Shown: one piece after another, positions 37,522-45,400 of the stretch
Layout: each line of letters opens with the position of its first letter
Position numbering within the stretch: the first letter of the stretch is position 1
Origin: Bryobacterales bacterium
GTDB lineage: Bacteria; Acidobacteriota; Terriglobia; Bryobacterales; UBA6623
Reading direction: 5' to 3'
Assembly: GCA_965208945.1 (NCBI GenBank)
Contig: OZ242366.1
Span: 2,899,827 to 2,963,826, forward strand
Length of the DNA stretch: 64,000 bases
Made by a program: the position numbers and the translations under genes
Notes under the pieces: generated by a model
Seen by the model: the letters and a program-made list of their open reading frames with translations, nothing else
Database searches by the model: none
Told to the model about the DNA's origin: nothing

Positions 37522-37670
37522 CGGCTGAACGCCAAGCGCCGGTGGTGATGTAAGTATTCCCCAACGACCGTCTGTGACCACTCATTTTTCTCCGTCACGA
37601 CTTATTGTTGGCCAGCATGCGGAGTTCATTCTCAATTGGAAGCAAGTCGCCGGGCCGACGAGCTACAAAT

Positions 37671-37757
37671 GGATTTCGACGCGAGCAAGATCGAGAACAG
37701 TTCCGGTTGGAGGATTTCGAGGCTCTCGATATCGCTTGAGGAATGACGGGAGGGATG
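37671..37757 (+). repeat. 87-bp direct repeat, copy 1 (partner 41979-42065)
   Basis: GGATTTCGACGCGAGCAAGATCGAGAACAGTTCCGGTTGGAGGATTTCGAGGCTCTCGATATCGCTTGAGGAATGACGGGAGGGATG. One mismatch to the partner copy. Confidence 0.85.
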
Positions 37758-37767
37758 GAAAGGAGAC

Positions 37768-37956
37768 GTGATGTCAAAAGTTAGAATCGGGACTTTGGCG
37801 GTCTCTGTTGTCTTGCTTTTAGCCGTCGATCCGGGTCGGACTTACTCCCAGACGAACCCTGCCGATACGACGCTGAGTAGTCTTACATTCCTGTCCGATG
37901 CGGACCTTGCCGAACGAACCCCAGTCGATCTGTGCAAGACTCGCCGGGCAGGGTGA
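37768..37956 (+). CDS. Small signal-peptide ORF, possibly a gene remnant
   Basis: MMSKVRIGTLAVSVVLLLAVDPG... preceded by AAGGAG. Only 62 aa, no recognisable domain, and it overlaps the extended frame of the next gene. Confidence 0.25.
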   Translation: MMSKVRIGTLAVSVVLLLAVDPGRTYSQTNPADTTLSSLTFLSDADLAERTPVDLCKTRRAG

Positions 37957-38008
37957 CGACGACGGCGGAGTTGCATCATCGCCAGCATTGACTAAGAGGC
38001 AACCAGAC

Positions 38009-41000
38009 ATGCGAGCGTCCATACGTTGGGCAGCGGTCGCGGCCATTTGCGTGTTTGCCGTCACCGTTCAGGCCCAGTCCACGACCTGGCATGACAATTC
38101 GTTCACCGACTCGACGGGGCGGACGCTCCTGTACCGCCTCTGGGTCAGGAGCGACTGGGATCTGAGCCGCCCGCGCGGCGTCAATCTCATCCTTCACGGC
38201 AATAATCGCGGTACGGCCGAGGATGCCCGCCAAGGGAAGTGGGGAGTGACCGAGGAGGCCTTCGACCTCGGCTTGGCGGTCGTCGTGCCGGGGTCCCCCT
38301 TCTCGTTGCCCGAGGACCTCACGTTCGGCGAGCGGACCCTGGTCGGCCCCAGCATCGGCAGCGGGGGAACACGTTTCTGGAGTTCTCACGACGCCCGCCT
38401 CATCCATGAGATGCTGCAGAGCGGCCTGGATGGGAGGCTCGCCATCGACTACGACAAGGTCGTTTTCACCGGTGCTTCCCAGGGGACCTGCTTTCTGGCC
38501 GATTTCATCGAGTTCTACGGCGGCAGTTACGGCGGCGGCTTCCACGCCTGGTGCGGTTGTTTCTGGCTGGACTTCGACGGCGACGATTCGCACGACACCT
38601 TCGCCATCGCCCCACCCTTCCATGCTTCGCCCTGGAGACCCACGTTCCAGTGGACGCCCGCCGCCACCGATGCGGTGAGCGACCGCTTTAGCGTGTTTGT
38701 GGAGGCGACGACGGAGGACTTTCTGCACCCGGCCGCCGTGTCGATGTCCCGGTATTACTCGGAATGGCTGGGTCTGCGAACCGCCACGGACCTGAACACG
38801 CCGGGCGGACACTGCCATCAGGGTGCGACGCCGCGGAGCGAGATCTACAACTGGCTGTTGTCGGGCGCAGGGCCGGAACTGCCGGGAAGCCAAGGTGACA
38901 CGGACGGAGACGGGACGCCGGATGTGTCCGACCTCGACGACGACAACGATGGGGCGCCGGACTTCATCGACGCCGTGCCCCGCGATCGCCAGGACTGGCG
39001 CGATACGGACGGCGACGGTATCGCTGACGCGCGCGACCGGGACGCCGACGGCGACGGCGTCGGCAACGCCCTTGATCCGTTTCCCCTGGACTCGAGTGAG
39101 CGGCTCGACACCGACGGCGACGGCATCGGGAACAGGCTTGACGGCGACGACGACAACGACGGACTGCCGGATGCACGTGATCCGCAGCCGCTCGTTGGAA
39201 CGGACGACGGCCGCAGCCTGGCATTCGTGCGGTTCTCTGGGAGTGGTCCGATTAGCGACTACAACGGGTTGCATACATCCGCGCGAGCCACGGTGCATGC
39301 CGGCAGGCCGGCTGACGTTGTCTATCCGGCAGCGCAGGGAGATGCCCAGCACTACCAGTTCCTTGAACTCGGGGACAGCTTGGATCGGCGGTTCGAGATC
39401 ATGGTCGACCAATTCGTCAGGCCGGAGTCATGTCGGGACGTTCTGTTGTCCCCGTTGTGCGACGTTGGAAGATTCTCGGCGAGTGGGTATTACACGACGT
39501 ACTTCCATAACAGGTTCGACCGCATCTGGATCGACCGGAATCGCAACCGGGATCTCACCGACGATGGACCACCCTTGCTCGTGGCGTTGAGCGAGGACAA
39601 CTGGGGTGCTCGCACGACCGTCGCGATCCTGGAAGTGCCCTACGCCGCGGGTCACGTGTTGCCATATGCTGTCTCGTTTACGTCAAACCGCCTCCCCGAC
39701 GGCCTCGGATATGGTGGAGAGAGTGTTTGGAAGGGCAAGGTGGTGGCGCCGTCGGGGGAGCGGGTGTCGGTCATCGTCGTTGATGGGAATGTCGACGGGC
39801 TGTTCGATTCGGAAGGGGACTTCATATGCCTCGATTTCGACCGCAACGGTTGGCTGAACGAGTGCGACTTCTCCGAAGACGCTGATGGGAATCTCGAGCG
39901 GCCCGGCGCGCTCACTCCGCCGTTCGAGTGGGACGGTGGCCGCCAACGGCTCTCCGTCGCTCCGTCAGGACACTCGGTTGCCTGGCTCACGGGCGACGCG
40001 AACCCACCACCGATGCCGCGGCCGGCCGTCTCGGTCTCGGCCGCTACGCCCTGGAGCCTGACGGTCACGTGGAACGAACCGGCGGGCGGGCCCTTCACCG
40101 ATTACGACGTGCGGTACCGGACAAGCGGCAGTGGCCCGTATACGGCCGTGCCACACGACGACGGTGCGGCCCGGACCGCCACGATCGCGGGACTGACCCC
40201 GGCCACGGCCTATGAGATAGAGGTGCGCGCGGTCGACGACACGGGACCGGGGGCGTGGTCGGAGCCGGCCCAGGGGAGGACCGATTCTCTGCTGCCGGGC
40301 GCGGACGGTGAGTTGACGGACGGTGACTTGTCGGTCTATTACTTCCCGCATCTTGCCGTGGGAGCGGGTTGGCAGACCACCCTCACCTATATCAACTACT
40401 CCGAACAGGACGTGACCTGCCAGACGCATTTCCTTGCGGATGACGGAGGCGCACTGACCGTTCCCTTTCCGGAACTGCCAGTGGCAGACAGCCGGACCGA
40501 CCTGCTGCCGCCCGGAGGGTCGGTTCACGCCGAGACCGGCGCGCCGTTAAGTGCACCGCTGGCGGCCGGGTGGGCCATAGCCGCCTGTTCCGGGCCGGTG
40601 AAGGCCAGCCTGCTGTTTCGCCAGTACGACAGCGCAGGCGTGCCGCTGGCGGAAGCGGGAGTCAACGCGGCGGCCGCTGCGGCCAGCCGCTTCGTCACCT
40701 TTGCCGAACAGGCGGCAGGCCAGGCGGGGACCGGCGTCGCCTACGCCAACCCTTCCGATACGGCGGCCGTGGTCACCTTTACGGCCAAGGACGAGGCGGG
40801 GCGGACGCTGGACAGCATAGATCAGACCCTGATGCCCGGAGGGCATGGAGCGCAGAACATGGCGGGCCTGTTCAGTTTCCCCAGCTTTACCGGATCGCTG
40901 GAAATCACCTCCAGCGAGCCCATCGTCACCCTGTCGATCAATGCCGAAGCCGCGCCCATATTCTCCTCCCTGCCTCCGGGGGAACTGGATCTTTCCGCGC

Positions 41001-41692
41001 AGGGGCCGACGACGTACTACTTCCCCCATCTTGCGGTCGGAGCGAGTTGGCAGACCACGCTCACCTATATCAACCACTCCCCGCGGGAGGTGACCTGCCG
41101 GACAGACTTCTTTTCCGGTCAGGGGACTCCGTTGAGGGTCTCGTTTCCGGGCCGCGGACCGGATGCCGGCCGCAGCGACGTGCTGCCGCCCGGGGGATCG
41201 GTTCACGAGGAGACCGACGTGGGGTTGAGCGCTCCGCTCGTGTCCGGCTGGGCGCGGGCCGACTGCACGGGGCCGGTGAAGGCCAGCCTGCTGTTTCGGC
41301 AGTACGACAGCGCAGGTGTGCCCACGGGTGAAGCGGGAGTCAATGCGGCGGCCGCTCCGGCCACCCGCTTCGTGACCTTTGCCGAAAAGCGAGAAGGGCA
41401 GCCGGGGACCGCGGTCGCCTATGCCAACCCCTCCGGCACGTCGACAGCCGTGGTCACCTTTACGGCCAAGGATGCGGCGGGACGGACACTGGACAGCGTG
41501 GATCAGACGCTGATGCCGAGAGGGCATGGCGCGCAAAACATGGCGGGCCTGTTCAGTCTCACCAGCTTTACGGGATCGCTCGAAATCACCTCCACCGAGC
41601 CCATCGTCACCCTGTCGCTCAATGCCGAAGCCGCTCCCGTTTTCTCCTCCTTGCCCCCGGGGGAAGTGGATGCCGCTGAGATTCCGGACTAG
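38009..41692 (+). CDS. Giant secreted alpha/beta-hydrolase with TSP3-like Ca-binding repeats, an FN3 domain and two YYFPHLAVG domains
   Basis: Signal peptide MRASIRWAAVAAICVFAVTVQA. GASQG nucleophile elbow. DTDGDG/DDDNDG repeats. FN3 (WSLTVTWNEPAGGPFTDYDVRY). The C-terminal tandem domains are near-identical to those of the preceding gene. Confidence 0.8.
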   Translation: MRASIRWAAVAAICVFAVTVQAQSTTWHDNSFTDSTGRTLLYRLWVRSDWDLSRPRGVNLILHGNNRGTAEDARQGKWGVTEEAFDLGLAVVVPGSPFSLPEDLTFGERTLVGPSIGSGGTRFWSSHDARLIHEMLQSGLDGRLAIDYDKVVFTGASQGTCFLADFIEFYGGSYGGGFHAWCGCFWLDFDGDDSHDTFAIAPPFHASPWRPTFQWTPAATDAVSDRFSVFVEATTEDFLHPAAVSMSRYYSEWLGLRTATDLNTPGGHCHQGATPRSEIYNWLLSGAGPELPGSQGDTDGDGTPDVSDLDDDNDGAPDFIDAVPRDRQDWRDTDGDGIADARDRDADGDGVGNALDPFPLDSSERLDTDGDGIGNRLDGDDDNDGLPDARDPQPLVGTDDGRSLAFVRFSGSGPISDYNGLHTSARATVHAGRPADVVYPAAQGDAQHYQFLELGDSLDRRFEIMVDQFVRPESCRDVLLSPLCDVGRFSASGYYTTYFHNRFDRIWIDRNRNRDLTDDGPPLLVALSEDNWGARTTVAILEVPYAAGHVLPYAVSFTSNRLPDGLGYGGESVWKGKVVAPSGERVSVIVVDGNVDGLFDSEGDFICLDFDRNGWLNECDFSEDADGNLERPGALTPPFEWDGGRQRLSVAPSGHSVAWLTGDANPPPMPRPAVSVSAATPWSLTVTWNEPAGGPFTDYDVRYRTSGSGPYTAVPHDDGAARTATIAGLTPATAYEIEVRAVDDTGPGAWSEPAQGRTDSLLPGADGELTDGDLSVYYFPHLAVGAGWQTTLTYINYSEQDVTCQTHFLADDGGALTVPFPELPVADSRTDLLPPGGSVHAETGAPLSAPLAAGWAIAACSGPVKASLLFRQYDSAGVPLAEAGVNAAAAAASRFVTFAEQAAGQAGTGVAYANPSDTAAVVTFTAKDEAGRTLDSIDQTLMPGGHGAQNMAGLFSFPSFTGSLEITSSEPIVTLSINAEAAPIFSSLPPGELDLSAQGPTTYYFPHLAVGASWQTTLTYINHSPREVTCRTDFFSGQGTPLRVSFPGRGPDAGRSDVLPPGGSVHEETDVGLSAPLVSGWARADCTGPVKASLLFRQYDSAGVPTGEAGVNAAAAPATRFVTFAEKREGQPGTAVAYANPSGTSTAVVTFTAKDAAGRTLDSVDQTLMPRGHGAQNMAGLFSLTSFTGSLEITSTEPIVTLSLNAEAAPVFSSLPPGEVDAAEIPD

Positions 41693-41978
41693 ATTTGCCC
41701 TGCGTCAAGCGAAGCTGCGTTCAACGATCTCTTCGTTGGCAAACGAGTGCGGTCAGACATCCCCAACAATGACGATCGAATCAGGGAGCCAATGCGCGCA
41801 GCAGTATCCCAAAGGAACGCTCGATGCAGGCCTGCAGTTTGGCCGGTACGCCGTTGGCGCACAACTCGGGTCGGAGAAAGGGCTGTCTTGATATCGGTTC
41901 CGGTTTCCTGAGCTACAGCCCCGGCAGCCTTGGCGAAAGGGGGACGGTCACCGCACCCTCGGGCAACCGCTATCCGTT

Positions 41979-42065
41979 GGATTTCGCCGCGAGCAAGATC
42001 GAGAACAGTTCCGGTTGGAGGATTTCGAGGCTCTCGATATCGCTTGAGGAATGACGGGAGGGATG
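41979..42065 (+). repeat. 87-bp direct repeat, copy 2
   Basis: See 37671-37757. Confidence 0.85.
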
Positions 42066-42118
42066 CTGACGCCACCAGAGGATCGGTCGGCCCCCGGAGA
42101 GCGGCCCGTGGCTGCTTA

Positions 42119-42299
42119 GCCTGCCTTTCTCACCACGTGGCGAGGCGAAGTGGGTGAGAGGGCCGTCAGGACGAGGCGCGAGCCGCTTGGCGCGCGCAGG
42201 CGTACTTGAGAACCGTACGTTGAGCACGGCAAGCAAGCGCAACGAAGTCCTGGCGGTCATATGGCGTGCTTCGACCGTCGGGTGGTGAGAAATGCAGGT
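42119..42299 (+). repeat. PAL element copy A8 (short form)
   Basis: TA on both flanks. Apex variant with a 2-nt insertion (GTACTTGAGAACCGTAC). Confidence 0.85.
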
Positions 42300-42408
42300 T
42301 AGGGCTTCGATGTCTCTGCGCCCCGCCGTATCCGCTGACGACAATTATTTTTAAGAATAACTAGAAGGTCACAATCTATCGTCAGCAATTCACATGAAGT
42401 TCATATTG

Positions 42409-42431
42409 CCCCTCTATTGTGAATTGAGGGG
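42409..42431 (+). promoter_or_regulatory. Hairpin pairing CCCCTC with the GAGGGG Shine-Dalgarno-like sequence of the S8 protease gene
   Basis: CCCCTC-tattgtgaatt-GAGGGG ends on the first base of the GTG start at 42431. It is nested inside the 9-bp inverted repeat CAATTCACA (42386-42394) / TGTGAATTG (42418-42426). Confidence 0.3.
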
Positions 42432-45400
42432 TGATTGCTTTTTCGAATTCGACGTCCAGGTGGCAAGTCGGTAAGCATCTGCCGCTGGGCATAATCGCGG
42501 GATTGGCTGGCTTGCTTGCCGCGTACCCGAACAGATCCCTCGGGCAGGAGGCAAGGCCGAGCCCGGCGGTCATGCAAATGATGACCGACGCCGCGGTCGC
42601 CCGGATCGCCGCGGAAAGCCGGGGGACACTTCGGGAGCCGGCTATCGAGGCCGCGCCGCGATCTTCTGAAGCGGCGTCCGCCGCCGATCGGACCTCGCGC
42701 GCCTCACGTCCCTCGCCGCCCGGCGGTTATTCGTTCGTCTCCCATCACGGGCGGATGCCCCGGGCGCGAATCGAGGATGAGTATGGCGCTGGAGACGAGC
42801 GCCCCGGTGCGGATCTTGACTGGCTTGAGTCGTCAACCTCGATCGAAACGCTGGCCGCCCACGCTGCCGAGGCCGGACGGGACTGGTCCTTCGGCTGGAT
42901 ACGACTCGCGGAGGACGCGGATCCGAATGACCTCGAGCGGTCGCTCCAAGGCTCGGGCGCCGAGATCGTCGGTTCCGCGGGCAGCCTGATGCGCGCCCGG
43001 CTTCCGGGCGAAGAATCCCGTCTGCAACGGATCGCGGCCTTGCCTCAGGTCGATGGACTGGGCGCCGTTCCGCCGGACCGGAAACTTCCCGAAGCGTTTG
43101 CCCGCGAGGTGTCCGAGGCGCCCCCGCAAGCACAGATGCCCGTGTTCATCACCCTGATGACGAACGATCCCGAAGGCCGCTGGCGGCGAGAGCTCGAGAC
43201 CCTGGGCGCGGTGGTGGGCCGCTTCGACCCGGACATCCGGGTCTACTCGGCCAATGTGTCCCGCTCTGTGCTCGAGGCGATCGCCGCGGCGGATTTCGTG
43301 CTGGCCGTCGAACCCATAGGCATCGTCGCAGCCGCTCACGACACCGCCGTTCCGGCCATGGGCGCGGATGCGCTGCGGCGGTTCGATGGCGCCCCAGGAC
43401 TTTTCTCGGGTATCGGCGGCTCGTCCGTTCCCATCGCCGTCATGGATTCGGGTCTCAACATCAATCACCTGGACATCGCATCGAACCGGCAGAGCATCTG
43501 CGGCGCCAACTTCGTTTGGTTTGGCGGCGGCGTACCGCTCCAGGAGTCCGAGGACTTGTGGATCGATGAAGGTGAACACGGAACCCACGTCACCGGAACC
43601 GTCGCCGGAAACGGTTATGTGGAACCGCGTTTCGCCGGCATGGCGCCCTCGGTGCGGCACATCCGTTTCGCCAAGGTCTTGCACAGCGAGGGTTTCGGAA
43701 ATGATGGCAGCATACTCCCAGGGATGGACTTTCTCGCCCGGCCGACGGGGTGCGCCGAAGCCGGCGGCCCTTCCGATCGGGTGAAGCCTCTGATCGTGAA
43801 TATGAGCCTGAGTGCGTCTTCCAGGGAATTCGAAGGCCGGGGCTCTAGCGCACGCAAGCTCGACTCCATCGTCTGGAGTCATCGTCAGCTCTATGTCGTG
43901 GCGCAATCGAACTCAGGCATCGACGGCTTTTCCCAATTCGGCGCCGCCAAGAACTCGCTGGCCGTCGGCGCCGCGATGGACAGCGGCGACCTCGCGGTGT
44001 TCAGCAGCCACGGGCCGACCTTCGACGGACGCCTGGCGCCCCAGGTGGTCGCCGCCGGCGTCCGGGTCCACTCGGCCCGAGGCGGCGGCAGCCGCGGCGA
44101 ATACCGTGAATTGAGCGGCACCAGCATGTCGTCACCCGCGGTGGCCGGAGTGGCCGCCCTGTTGATGGACGCGGTCCCCGAACATCGCGAACAGCCCGCG
44201 TTGACCCGGGCGAGGCTGATGGCCAGCGCTATCCGGCCGGACGCCTGGTTGGAGGACACCGAGGCATTCCCCATGACCAACACCAACGGGCCGGGGGCGC
44301 TGCAGGCCCAGTACGGTCTGGGCATGGTGTCGGCGCGCACCAGCGTGCTCAACCGGGACCGCGCCGACGGCTGGACCGGCGGCGGGGCGACCGCCGAGTT
44401 GCAAGGCGGAGAGTACGCCTACCGGGACATTACGGTGCCGGAAGGCGCCGGCCGTCTCGATCTCGTGATGACCTGGGACGAACCGCCTGTCGACACCATC
44501 GGCAGCGCGGTCCTGAACGATCTGGATCTGTGGCTGGACCGCGACGGCGACTGCGGAGCGGGAGCGTGCGGGGAGTATGTCTCCGCTTCCCGCGTGGACA
44601 ACGTGGAATGGATCATCCTCAGAAATCCCCGCCCGGGCATCTATCGGGCGAAAGTGGTGCCCCGCCGCGTCTACACCGCGGCGCCCCGCGCGGCGCTGGC
44701 CTGGACGGTGATCCGGGGCGCATCCACCCCGAGTCTCCGGATCGACGCCGACAAGGAGACCATCGACGGGGGCCGGGAAAACGAGTTGACCTTGACGGTG
44801 ACAGCGGACGAGTACGTGGCTGCCGGGACGCGGCTGCACATCGACTGCCGCGGCGACGGCGGCTCTTCAGGCTGCAACGATATACAGATTCACACCATGG
44901 CCGTGTCTCGCGAGGATGGAGTGCCGCTGGATCTGTCGGATGAACTGGGTCGGCTGGTTGAATTCGGGTACTTTGAATCACGTTCTCCCATCCCGCTTGG
45001 TTCGTCGATCCCGCTCGGCGAAATCTCCGCCGGTGAGGCCCAGGAAATCGAGTTGGTGGTTTCCTACAACAGGGAGGCGAGCCCGGTTCGCCTCTACTTC
45101 ACCGCGAGCGCCTGGAACGCGAAAGCGGCATCGGCATCGGTCGGTGTTCGAGCAGGCGGCTCGGACCGGTCCGAGGTTGCCGGCAGGCCCCCGAACGACG
45201 ACTTCGCGGCGGCGGCCGTTATCGAAGGCCGGGAGGGCTCTCGCGCGCTGGATCTGCTGCCGGCGACGCCGGAGCCGGGGGAGCCGCTGTTCACCCCCAC
45301 GCGGGGGCGGCCCGCCGGTTCGGTCTGGTATGAGTGGACGGCGGCGGAGGATGGTCCGGCCCGCTTCAACATCCCCCCGCGCGCGGATTTCGAGGACGCG

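Noticed and set aside
36166-41665. Diversity-generating retroelement (template/variable repeat pair) as an explanation for the near-identical tracts in the two giant genes.
   Set aside because: There is no reverse transcriptase or accessory gene nearby. The differences between copies are not restricted to adenine positions. Both copies lie inside long coding regions of equal length.
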